IMG/VR virus record: IMGVR_UViG_3300034021_001440
Span: 1-64,000 of that record
Direction: 5' to 3' (one strand)
From: a virus
DNA length: 64,000 bases
Of this stretch, positions 1 to 7,927 are shown piece after piece; position 1 is the first letter of the stretch; every line of letters starts with the position of its first letter. The notes beneath the pieces were generated by a model. It had not been told where the DNA came from. It saw only the letters and a list, made by a program, of their open reading frames with translations, and ran no database searches. A program made the position numbers and the translations under genes.

Positions 1-29
1 TTGACTTGGGGGTCAAAGTGTGCCATACT
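1..29 (+). promoter_or_regulatory. early sigma70-like promoter TTGACT-N17-CATACT
   Basis: -35 at 1-6, -10 at 24-29; same architecture recurs at 340, 629 and 1080. Confidence 0.7.
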
Positions 30-53
30 AAAAGCATAAAAGACAAACAACCA

Positions 54-269
54 ATGTTCCAACTCAACACCGACTACTCGACCGCTGCCTGCGAGGTCAC
101 CCTCAACCCCTTCACCGGCACCGCCAAAGTGTGGTACTGGAGCGGAGGCCCCTACACCTACAAGCGTGTCTCCCGCCGTGCAATCGCCAAGGCCATCGTC
201 ACCGACGTGGTGACCGGAGGTCTGCCCTCGGTGGGCGGCTGGATCCACACCAACCTGCACAAGCGCTGA
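54..269 (+). CDS. small early protein, KTSC-like (71 aa)
   Basis: ATG 54 downstream of promoter; pattern S..(V)...P....(V).Y..G..Y.Y..V....S.G.W...L resembles the KTSC domain. Confidence 0.6.
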   Translation: MFQLNTDYSTAACEVTLNPFTGTAKVWYWSGGPYTYKRVSRRAIAKAIVTDVVTGGLPSVGGWIHTNLHKR

Positions 270-278
270 GGGTGCGGA

Positions 279-307
279 CTGGTACATTCGTACCAGCGCC
301 CCGGGCC
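279..307. repeat. cassette palindrome copy 1 (CTGGTAC-ATTC-GTACCAG + CGCCCCGGGCC), LexA-box-like
   Basis: one of four copies (279, 577, 1026, 1559). Confidence 0.8.
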
Positions 308-339
308 TTGTGCCAGTTGAGAAAGTGTCACAAGGGGGC

Positions 340-368
340 TTGCGTTTGGCCCTGAACCGTGCAATACT
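340..368 (+). promoter_or_regulatory. early promoter TTGCGT-N17-AATACT
   Basis: ATG starts 7 nt after the last base of the -10 box (375). Confidence 0.6.
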
Positions 369-374
369 ATCATC

Positions 375-548
375 ATGGACAAAGAAAAACCCATGACACT
401 TACCGAAAAGATGGCTCAAGAGAGTCAAGAACTGCTTTTGGAAGCAGTGGATTGGTATATTCAACATCTTTACAAAACTCAACCGAAGGAATCGCAGTTC
501 AAGAGGACTCGTCTCACTGTCATTTCAGAATCTCTTGAGATTTCTTGA
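375..548 (+). CDS. small early hypothetical protein (57 aa, MDKEKPMTLTEK...)
   Basis: translated by hand; probably leaderless; not in the ORF track. Confidence 0.6.
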   Translation: MDKEKPMTLTEKMAQESQELLLEAVDWYIQHLYKTQPKESQFKRTRLTVISESLEIS

Positions 549-576
549 GTCGTTGCCGAAGGCACCCTAGGTCAGA

Positions 577-605
577 GTAGAACATGCGTACTACCGCCCC
601 GGGCC
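577..605. repeat. cassette palindrome copy 2 (GTAGAAC-ATGC-GTACTAC + CGCCCCGGGCC)
   Basis: repeat of the element at 279. Confidence 0.75.
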
Positions 606-628
606 CTGTAACGAATTGTGACAGGGCC

Positions 629-657
629 TTGACTTTCGGGGCCAGGTGCGCCATACT
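629..657 (+). promoter_or_regulatory. early promoter TTGACT-N17-CATACT
   Basis: -35 at 629-634, -10 at 652-657, ATG at 664. Confidence 0.7.
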
Positions 658-663
658 ATGAAC

Positions 664-786
664 ATGAACAAAGAAACCCTCTCCCTCGAAACCCTCGCCC
701 TGCTCGACGAGCTGGAGGCTGACCTCGGCTGCGACCTGGACGTGCTAGACTTCAACCCTGACGAGGACCTTGACGAGGTGGCCTGA
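664..786 (+). CDS. very acidic 40-aa early peptide
   Basis: MNKETLSLETLALLDELEADLGCDLDVLDFNPDEDLDEVA; phage-like codon usage; promoter-proximal start. Confidence 0.6.
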   Translation: MNKETLSLETLALLDELEADLGCDLDVLDFNPDEDLDEVA

Positions 787-823
787 GGCCCACCCCCACC
801 CAACCCACTACACACTGAAACAA

Positions 824-1018
824 ATGTACTGCACCTACGAAGACTCCGTCCTGGCTGCTGCTGACGAGAACGGCAACCTGTCCCTGAAGGACGCCATTCG
901 CCTGTTCGCTGACCACAGCGAGAGGTTTGACGGCATCTACGAAGACAACCGAGGCATCAGCTGGGTGGCCCTGGATGAGCGCAACGCTGAGGCCCTTCTT
1001 GCTTGGCTGGGGTATTGA
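824..1018 (+). CDS. small early hypothetical protein (64 aa)
   Basis: ATG 824 within ORF 770..1018; typical codon usage. Confidence 0.65.
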   Translation: MYCTYEDSVLAAADENGNLSLKDAIRLFADHSERFDGIYEDNRGISWVALDERNAEALLAWLGY

Positions 1019-1025
1019 GGCCACA

Positions 1026-1053
1026 GTGGTACACCCGTACCACAGGCCCGGGT
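1026..1053. repeat. cassette palindrome copy 3 (GTGGTAC-ACCC-GTACCAC + AGGCCCGGGT)
   Basis: repeat of the element at 279. Confidence 0.8.
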
Positions 1054-1079
1054 CTTGTGTGAAGAAAAGTGACAACCCC

Positions 1080-1109
1080 TTGACTGGGGCTGCCCCTGTG
1101 TGCCATACT
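1080..1109 (+). promoter_or_regulatory. early promoter TTGACT-N18-CATACT
   Basis: ATG at 1116, 7 nt after the -10 box. Confidence 0.65.
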
Positions 1110-1115
1110 ACCAGT

Positions 1116-1364
1116 ATGAACAAAGCAATCCTCACTGCCCTCGCTGGGCTCGCCCTCGGTGGCGTGGCCCTCGCCACCCCTGTGCCCCACCCTGTGGTGG
1201 CCCCTCACGAACAGACCGTGCTCGTGCCTGGACTGGAATCACTGGGAGAATCCCGCATCTCCACTGTGCGCCATTGTGCTGCCATCACACACACTGACTG
1301 GCAGAAACTCATCACTGACAGGGACTACGAGAACATGGAATCCTGCCTGATTGAACACACCTGA
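1116..1364 (+). CDS. small exported or membrane-anchored early protein (82 aa)
   Basis: MNKAILTALAGLALGGVALA signal-peptide-like N-terminus; two Cys. Confidence 0.7.
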   Translation: MNKAILTALAGLALGGVALATPVPHPVVAPHEQTVLVPGLESLGESRISTVRHCAAITHTDWQKLITDRDYENMESCLIEHT

Positions 1365-1372
1365 GTATCACA

Positions 1373-1546
1373 ATGAACTACTACCAACCTGTCATCGCTG
1401 TGCTGGCCGTGCCCGAGAACAGAATCAAATGTGCAAATCAATTTGCCAATCAACATCAACACATTGATCCACAAATGTACTCACTCGCAGTACGACGAAT
1501 GATGGATTTCACTCCACTGTGTGACACATCGGAATCGCACTACTGA
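1373..1546 (+). CDS. hypothetical protein (57 aa)
   Basis: MNYYQPVIAV..., translated by hand; fills the gap before the fourth palindrome. Confidence 0.4.
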   Translation: MNYYQPVIAVLAVPENRIKCANQFANQHQHIDPQMYSLAVRRMMDFTPLCDTSESHY

Positions 1547-1558
1547 TTGACAATCAAA

Positions 1559-1586
1559 CCAGTACATCCGTACTGGTGCCCCGGGT
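1559..1586. repeat. cassette palindrome copy 4 (CCAGTAC-ATCC-GTACTGG + TGCCCCGGGT)
   Basis: repeat of the element at 279; contains AGTAC-N4-GTACT. Confidence 0.8.
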
Positions 1587-1712
1587 TTTGGGCCGGCCCC
1601 CCCCCAATGGGTCCCTTTCACCGTCGCCCGGGATTTTACCGTCGTGGCCGCGTGAGGCCGGATATAGGGGTGAGAGTGCAAGTCAAAATCCCCCCACCCC
1701 ACCGTAAACCAC

Positions 1713-1740
1713 TTTACACCCCCGCCCCTCACCCTATACT
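1713..1740 (+). promoter_or_regulatory. class II promoter TTTACA-N16-TATACT
   Basis: same TTTAC...TANANT spacing at 3723, 5246, 7894, 43843 and 46583. Confidence 0.6.
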
Positions 1741-1762
1741 CCCCTGAGACCGCCCCAACCGC

Positions 1763-3700
1763 ATGGACACATCAACCAACATCTCCCAGCAACTTAAAGA
1801 TGACTATCTTGCCTACAGCATGGCTGTCATTGTGGGCCGAGCAATTCCGTCCCTCACTGACGGCCTGAAACCAGCTCAGCGCCGTGTCCTCACCGCAATG
1901 AAATGGCTAGGGCTGAAACCCGAGGGTCCCTTTATGAAGAGTGCCCGTGTCGAAGGGGAGACCATGGGCAAGCTGCACCCTCACGGTGGGGCATATGGCG
2001 TCATGGTCACATTGGCAGCCCCGTGGAATAATAACCTTCCTTTAATCTCTGGGCAGGGCAACTGGGGGTCGTCGGTCGATGGTGCCGCTGCGAGCAGGTA
2101 CACGGAATGCAAACTGTCCCCATTTGCCTGGGAGTGTCTCCTTGCCGATTCCGATACGTGGGTTACCACAGAGAATTACGATGGGTCCCTGCAGGAGCCC
2201 GTGGAGCTAAACGTAAAAGTGCCTACCGTTTTGTTAAACGGGCAGGATGGCATTGGAGTTGGTTTCGCCACAAAGATCCCCCCACACTCGCTTCGCGACA
2301 TCTGCGACGCAATCACAAAAGGGTCCCCTTTAGTTCCATCATTCCCTACCGGCTGTGACATTATTCGAGATGACGGACTTGATGCCTACACTAACACTGG
2401 CATTGGGGGCCTCCGCCTCCGTGCTCGCTGTGAGACTGTTGAAACGGGCACAGGTCGTAAGGCAAAGACAACGCTTACGTTCACAAACCTCCCCGCAAGC
2501 ACAAACCCGGAGAAAGTCGGGGAGCAAATTGCGGCGGCGCTAGAAAAAGGGTCCCTTACCGGAATCACCAATGTCATTGACGAGTCTGATCTCACCGGAG
2601 ACCGTATCGCGGTTACTCTTAAGTCTGGCACCGATATCCAACTGGCCATCCGCCAACTCTACCACTACACTGACCTGGACACTAAGTATTCGGCGCGGTT
2701 GCTGGTTGTGGACGGGGTCAAACCAGTCGAACTCTCTCCAAGTGAGCTTCTTGCGCGTTGGCAGACATGGCGACTGGATCGGTTGGGTGCGAAGTTCCAA
2801 TCCGAACTAGACGGTGCAGAACACCGTTTGGAAATCGTTCGTGGTTACCTCAAAGCAATCGACAAGATTGATGCTGTTATTAAAATTATTCGAAACGCAG
2901 CTTCACCAAAAGAAGCCCTGATTGAACTCGTCTCCAACAAAACACTCAAATTCACTGCGGATCAGGCCCGTGCGATCCTGGAAATGAGACTCCGGGCATT
3001 AACCAACCTCGACTCTGAGGAACTAGCAACCGAAGAGGGTACCCTTAAAGAGCGAATTACAGAGCTTGACACCCTAATCAAGGACGAAAAGGCACGCAAA
3101 GGGTATATGATCAAGGAAATCAAGGAGATTGGGGTACGGCATGGCGAGAAACGCCGCAGCGAACTGATTGATCCACCCGAAGGCCTTGTCGTGGAGAAAG
3201 GATCCTCACGGCCTGCGGCGCCGGCAAGACCGCGATTCATAAAAATTGACATCAAGCGGGGCGTGGCCGAACAAGCGAAAGGACCACGAGGAGCCATCAT
3301 ATTGGAAAAGACTGATAAACTTATCACACTTACAGAAGATGGCACGCTCAAAAAACTTCCCCCTAACTACAAGGGTCCTCTTGGCATGGGACTCTCTCCT
3401 GTGTTACTTGCAAAGAAAGAAACTGATGTGGCAGAACGCAAATACCTCGCAGTCTTCACACTCGGGGACCAGCTCAAAGCGATGATGGTTGCTGGGAGTG
3501 ACTTGTGTAAGGTTACTTCAAAAGGAAAACGCGTCATCCCTGAAGAAGCGCAACTTCTGTACTTTGGCGAAGGTTCCTATGTGGTTCCCTGGGCCTCCAC
3601 TCGCAAGAAAAAAGTGGAACTGTTCCCTGTGAGCACCAAACAAGGTCGCCCTGGCGCTCGCGGCATCAAAGTAGCCACCATCACCGAACTCACCCTGTGA
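1763..3700 (+). CDS. gyrA: type IIA DNA topoisomerase subunit A (GyrA/ParC-like)
   Basis: YSMAVIVGRAIP..DGLKPAQRR, HPHG, GQGNWGS, catalytic AASRYTE, LLNG..GIGVGFAT.IPPH, QARAILEMRL. Confidence 0.93.
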   Translation: MDTSTNISQQLKDDYLAYSMAVIVGRAIPSLTDGLKPAQRRVLTAMKWLGLKPEGPFMKSARVEGETMGKLHPHGGAYGVMVTLAAPWNNNLPLISGQGNWGSSVDGAAASRYTECKLSPFAWECLLADSDTWVTTENYDGSLQEPVELNVKVPTVLLNGQDGIGVGFATKIPPHSLRDICDAITKGSPLVPSFPTGCDIIRDDGLDAYTNTGIGGLRLRARCETVETGTGRKAKTTLTFTNLPASTNPEKVGEQIAAALEKGSLTGITNVIDESDLTGDRIAVTLKSGTDIQLAIRQLYHYTDLDTKYSARLLVVDGVKPVELSPSELLARWQTWRLDRLGAKFQSELDGAEHRLEIVRGYLKAIDKIDAVIKIIRNAASPKEALIELVSNKTLKFTADQARAILEMRLRALTNLDSEELATEEGTLKERITELDTLIKDEKARKGYMIKEIKEIGVRHGEKRRSELIDPPEGLVVEKGSSRPAAPARPRFIKIDIKRGVAEQAKGPRGAIILEKTDKLITLTEDGTLKKLPPNYKGPLGMGLSPVLLAKKETDVAERKYLAVFTLGDQLKAMMVAGSDLCKVTSKGKRVIPEEAQLLYFGEGSYVVPWASTRKKKVELFPVSTKQGRPGARGIKVATITELTL

Positions 3701-3722
3701 GCAAGGTTCGGTAAACCGCCCA

Positions 3723-3750
3723 TTTACCTGGGCGGTGCCCTTCCTACAAT
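3723..3750 (+). promoter_or_regulatory. class II promoter TTTACC-N16-TACAAT
   Basis: intergenic, upstream of the RTX gene. Confidence 0.6.
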
Positions 3751-3786
3751 ACAAGCAACCGAAAGGAAAACACTCCTAACTAAACC

Positions 3787-5214
3787 ATGGCAACTTCTAA
3801 CGTCTACACCAAGGCTCCCTACGTCATCCTCCCCGGAGGTAACGCCCTCAAGGGAGTCACTGGTGTTCAGGATTCGATCAACGTTGTTCAGTCAATGCTG
3901 GAAGGCGGCGTCATTGACAAATACGAGTCCCCCTCCAACATCGTCAAAACTCGCCAAGAAACATTCACTCGCAACGTTGAGTTTCTGAACAATGTCGTCG
4001 GTGCCAAAACCTACGAAGGTTTCGTTGACTCTGCCCTCATCAAGGACTATATCACCTACGCCCGCACCACCTACAAGGCCGAGAGCTTCGTGCTCCCTGC
4101 CGACGTGTACGGTGCTCCGATGACCTACAACTCGCAGACTGGCGGGTTCCAGCTGCTGCAGGCACCTACCGTCGTGACCCCTGTGGCTCCCACCGTGGTT
4201 GCTCCGGCCGTGCCAACCTACACGGTAACCCTGCTCGATCCTTCCGTCACGGCCACCGAAGGCCAAGACCTGGTGATGCGCTTCAAGCTCGACACCAAGA
4301 ATCACAACGGGGTCTCCTTCCGCCCGAGTTTCACCAACCTGGGCAACCAGTTTGTCCAAGCCGACGTGGTCGGCGCTGAGACTCGTTCCAACTACATCTT
4401 CCCCGACGTTCGCTTCACTGCTGGCTCCGACTACGCTGAGATTCGCCTGCAAACTGTCGACGACACGATGAAGGAAACGGACGAAGCCGTCCGTCTTGAG
4501 GGTGGGGCCTCTCTGAGCAGCGCCTACAAGCTGAACTTCGTCGGTGCTTCCACCGTCACCCTGCAGGACAACGACTGGGCTGCCACCAGCGTGACCAACG
4601 TCACCATCAACGGCAACAACAACAACGTCAACGTGCTGAACAACTTCGGCACGATCACGGTGGACAACCGCACCTACGTTGACATTGCTGGCGATAACAA
4701 CAGCAACGTTCTGGCCGGCACTGACCGTGACGACTGGATCAAGGGGCTCTTCGGCGACGACACCCTCAGTGGTGGCGCTGGCAGCGACGTTCTCACTGGC
4801 AACCAGGGCAACGACACCCTGAGCGGTGGCACTGGCACTGACACTCTTTGGGGTGGCTTCGGTGACGACATCCTCATCGGCAACCAAGACGATGACATTC
4901 TGTATGGCAACGACGGTGCTGACGTGCTCTGGGGCGGTTTCGGCAACGACATGCTCATTAACAACACTGGCAACGACATCGTTTATGGCAACGCAGGCGC
5001 CGACTCCTTTGTTCTCTGCGCTGGCCAGGACACCTTCAAAGACTTCAACCTCGGCGAGGGTGATAAGATTCTGGTCTTCGCAGATCCGAAGTACACCATT
5101 GGCCAGAATGCTCAGGGCTATGTCGAAATCAACCGTGGCGACAACAAGACCACCCTGGAAGGCGTGACCTTCGCTGGCTTCGACGCTTCCCGCGCCATCC
5201 AGTTCATGGGTTGA
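3787..5214 (+). CDS. RTX (hemolysin-type Ca-binding repeat) protein with Calx-beta-like domain
   Basis: many GGxGxDxL / GNxGxDxL nonapeptides; TVDDTMKETDEAVRL...TVTLQDND Calx-beta-like segment. Confidence 0.88.
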   Translation: MATSNVYTKAPYVILPGGNALKGVTGVQDSINVVQSMLEGGVIDKYESPSNIVKTRQETFTRNVEFLNNVVGAKTYEGFVDSALIKDYITYARTTYKAESFVLPADVYGAPMTYNSQTGGFQLLQAPTVVTPVAPTVVAPAVPTYTVTLLDPSVTATEGQDLVMRFKLDTKNHNGVSFRPSFTNLGNQFVQADVVGAETRSNYIFPDVRFTAGSDYAEIRLQTVDDTMKETDEAVRLEGGASLSSAYKLNFVGASTVTLQDNDWAATSVTNVTINGNNNNVNVLNNFGTITVDNRTYVDIAGDNNSNVLAGTDRDDWIKGLFGDDTLSGGAGSDVLTGNQGNDTLSGGTGTDTLWGGFGDDILIGNQDDDILYGNDGADVLWGGFGNDMLINNTGNDIVYGNAGADSFVLCAGQDTFKDFNLGEGDKILVFADPKYTIGQNAQGYVEINRGDNKTTLEGVTFAGFDASRAIQFMG

Positions 5215-5226
5215 TCCCACCCGGCG

Positions 5227-5273
5227 GGGTAAAACCACCTGAGGCTTTACCTCGCCACCGGCGTCCCTATAAT
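5227..5273 (+). promoter_or_regulatory. GGGTAAAA motif (5227-5234) plus class II promoter TTTACC-N16-TATAAT
   Basis: tandem motifs in the intergenic region. Confidence 0.6.
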
Positions 5274-5294
5274 GCCCCCAGTGGAGCAATACCT

Positions 5295-5843
5295 GTGGAA
5301 ATTTTCTACCCTGTCGAACGGCTTCTGGCCAACCCTCGCATTTTCTTTGCGATTGCAAACGCTCTCGAAGGACCCGACGGAGAGACACTCAAAAATGCTT
5401 TCTACGAGCTGATTGAACACGGATTTGGAGAATACGAAGATCCGGAAGAAATCGAATTCACTGCGGACGAAATCTGCTTCTCCATGGATCACTCCGACGG
5501 CACGGTTCAAATGACCCTCAACACCGGCCTCGCTTCCATTCTCAAGCCCATCGACGGCGAGCTTCGCGCTCAAATCACCAATGACCACGAGATGGCCGCA
5601 GCAAGTGCCATCTACGACCGCATCGTCAAGTCCATCGTTGAGGCCAACCCTGACTTTGACGGGAACATCGCTCTTGTTTCCCCGCCGACACCTGGCAACA
5701 GCTACCTTCGTTCCGAAGACGGCGAACGTTTTGAAGGTGCGTTTCACCTTCTCTCTGACCCCGAGCGTCAATACGCCTTCAACGTAGACATCATCGACGT
5801 TCAAGCTGACATCCTCCGCGCAACCTACAAGCCAATCTACTGA
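5295..5843 (+). CDS. acidic hypothetical protein
   Basis: GTG 5295 with GGAG upstream, within ORF 5211..5843. Confidence 0.7.
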   Translation: MEIFYPVERLLANPRIFFAIANALEGPDGETLKNAFYELIEHGFGEYEDPEEIEFTADEICFSMDHSDGTVQMTLNTGLASILKPIDGELRAQITNDHEMAAASAIYDRIVKSIVEANPDFDGNIALVSPPTPGNSYLRSEDGERFEGAFHLLSDPERQYAFNVDIIDVQADILRATYKPIY

Positions 5844-6640
5844 TGACTGCTGACAACATAGTTCTCGCAACCAACAGCATGCGGTCCTCAGTGTCTTCGC
5901 TGAGGAAAAAACTCTCGGACCTCAAAGTCTCTGTCGAAAAGTTTGACGCAGACCTGTCCAAGCTCGATTCAAAGTTTGACAACGTTCTCACCCAGGTCGA
6001 AATCTATAAGTCCAAACTTGAACGCGAGATGGGTCGTGAAGTGCGTCGACTCGAACATGAGTTGGCGCTTTTGCGTAAGGAGATGCCCGAGAGTGTGACA
6101 ACTGACGTCTCACCGAGCGAACTCAAGATTGCCTCAACTGTGGCTATCCTTGATAGCATCCTCCGCCTCATCTCCGGCACGGCCACAGACATTCGCCTCA
6201 TCTCAGAGGCATTCCTGTTTCCTGCCGTGATTGAGCGGGTGGTTTTCGGAGATCAAGAAGCCTATTTCCTGACAGAAGTGCCTCCCTCTGCGGCCCTCGT
6301 GATTGCTCGCGGTCGCGAATACGTCGACTGGATGCGGACTCAGTATGAGACTCACTTGACAGACCCCGACACCTGGGCTGATGCTGTCGATTACATGCGT
6401 GAGTGGTGGGCCAACGACGCCTTGCCTCTGCTCTACGGAGCTCGCGACGAACAGTGGGACATTGATGCCCCCTTCTCCCTCCCGGAGATGCTTCTTTGGC
6501 GTGACTCTCCCGGAGATCGCCCGCTGAACTTCTCCACAATTTTTGAAGCCTACGAAATTTACCGTAAACACAAGGATGCCGTCTATGATTCTACAGGACT
6601 TCGCGAGTTTGAGCTCAAGCAATTCCTCAACAAAGGATAG
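5843..6640 (+). CDS. hypothetical protein with N-terminal coiled coil
   Basis: TGATG coupling to the upstream gene; heptad pattern in aa 10-80. Confidence 0.75.
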   Translation: MTADNIVLATNSMRSSVSSLRKKLSDLKVSVEKFDADLSKLDSKFDNVLTQVEIYKSKLEREMGREVRRLEHELALLRKEMPESVTTDVSPSELKIASTVAILDSILRLISGTATDIRLISEAFLFPAVIERVVFGDQEAYFLTEVPPSAALVIARGREYVDWMRTQYETHLTDPDTWADAVDYMREWWANDALPLLYGARDEQWDIDAPFSLPEMLLWRDSPGDRPLNFSTIFEAYEIYRKHKDAVYDSTGLREFELKQFLNKG

Positions 6641-6701
6641 GCGTCAGCACTCTCGCCCACTCAATCCGGTCGATCACCTCATTTCCAAAGTTGGTATTGG
6701 C

Positions 6702-6905
6702 ATGGTGGACACCGTTGAGCGTTATTACCAGAAATACTGTGAGAAACCCAACGATGCCAATGCCCGAGCCTACTGCCTGTGGCGTCTGCGCCTCCACCGT
6801 CGCCTGAAAAATGACAAGGCACTCCTTGAGTCAATCAATGAGGCTCGCAATCTCGGGCTTCACGATGAGAGACCGGGCAAACTCTGCTGGGATTGCGAGT
6901 TCTAG
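6702..6905 (+). CDS. hypothetical protein (start uncertain)
   Basis: 3' part of ORF 6543..6905; C-terminal CWDC. Confidence 0.5.
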   Translation: MVDTVERYYQKYCEKPNDANARAYCLWRLRLHRRLKNDKALLESINEARNLGLHDERPGKLCWDCEF

Positions 6906-6912
6906 GGTAAAA
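6905..6912 (+). promoter_or_regulatory. putative late promoter GGGTAAAA
   Basis: 39 nt before ATG 6944. Confidence 0.7.
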
Positions 6913-6943
6913 GCAGAGTAACTTCTTCAAGTCTCCAGGTGCC

Positions 6944-7891
6944 ATGATACCTCGTACAGCGAAAGTGGCAGCGTATGTTCAGAGTACCTTCACCAACCCT
7001 CAATACCTAGACTACGGCAACGTTATTCTCAACGGTTACGTTACCACGGCAAACGCCGTCTCCACTGCAGGAGCCTCTGGCGGTCTCGACACTCTCTCAA
7101 TCACAACTGCCGGGACCAACTACGCGAACGGCACTTATACCAACGTCTACCTCAGTTCGATCACGGGTAGCTTCGGATTTGCCACAGTGACCGTGGCTGG
7201 TGGTGCTGTGACTGGCGTCGCCATTACTTCTGCCGGAGAGAACTTCACCGTCGGTGATACCATCAAACTGAGCAACATCACTCGCGCCTCCGCTGGCACC
7301 ACCGCAGTCCTGACCGTGGGCGCCGTGGACACTCGCATCGTGCAACCCGTCTTCAAAGGCTGGACCACGAACTTTTCCAGTTACTACACCGAGATTCCCC
7401 CGGTTGCCGCCCCTTACGCCAACACCTACCCTGGCATGGACGCTGGCGGTTTCGAGTACGTCGTTCACTCGTACAAGCCCCCGACCGGCACCATTTCCTC
7501 GATCGGCTTCACTGGGCCGATGGGCTCGGGCTACACTGATGGCATTTACACTGGGGTTGCCACAACCACAGGAGCTTTTGGCTCTGGCGCTACTCTCAAC
7601 ATCGTAGTCGCTGGCGGCCAGGTTCAAACTGCCTTCCTCAACAACGTTGGTGCCGGATACCCTGTGGGAACGACCCTGGGCGTCGCTGGCGGGGCAATTG
7701 GCCCTGGCACCGGTTTCTCCGTGGTTGTCACTTCAATCAGCACCACGAGCCTCGGCGGTGAGCCCTTCTGGTCACAGCGCCCCGTGAACGCTCAAGCCCA
7801 GGTCAACTCCCTCTTTCCGCTCCCCGGCGTGGGCGGCTGGATCTACCCGGTCGGAGACAGCGCCGTTCCGCCGCCGATCGGCACCCTCTAA
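6944..7891 (+). CDS. virion structural protein with two GxGYxxGxY beta-rich modules
   Basis: modules similar to inserts in the tail sheath; late motif upstream. Confidence 0.7.
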   Translation: MIPRTAKVAAYVQSTFTNPQYLDYGNVILNGYVTTANAVSTAGASGGLDTLSITTAGTNYANGTYTNVYLSSITGSFGFATVTVAGGAVTGVAITSAGENFTVGDTIKLSNITRASAGTTAVLTVGAVDTRIVQPVFKGWTTNFSSYYTEIPPVAAPYANTYPGMDAGGFEYVVHSYKPPTGTISSIGFTGPMGSGYTDGIYTGVATTTGAFGSGATLNIVVAGGQVQTAFLNNVGAGYPVGTTLGVAGGAIGPGTGFSVVVTSISTTSLGGEPFWSQRPVNAQAQVNSLFPLPGVGGWIYPVGDSAVPPPIGTL

Positions 7892-7893
7892 GG

Positions 7894-7921
7894 TTTACTC
7901 GGGGCAAACCACCCCTATAAT
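7894..7921 (+). promoter_or_regulatory. class II promoter TTTACT-N16-TATAAT
   Basis: polymerase ATG starts 7 nt after the -10 box. Confidence 0.65.
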
Positions 7922-7927
7922 ACAAAC

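Noticed and set aside
279-296. NtcA binding site
   Set aside because: Spacing is GTA-N6-TAC, not GTA-N8-TAC.
279-1586. Possible CRISPR array or integron attC sites
   Set aside because: Spacers are 280-520 bp and contain genes, the repeats are degenerate, and there is no cas gene, integrase or RYYYAAC/GTTRRRY ends.
1547-1747. 66-aa Pro/Arg-rich ORF
   Set aside because: TTG start, low complexity, and overlap with a palindrome and a promoter; probably non-coding.
3892-5388. 498-aa minus-strand ORF, and similar long antisense ORFs at 7895-9100, 13394-17599, 20103-22283 and 51590-53131
   Set aside because: They shadow well-supported plus-strand genes with strong codon bias; no recognisable motifs or start signals.
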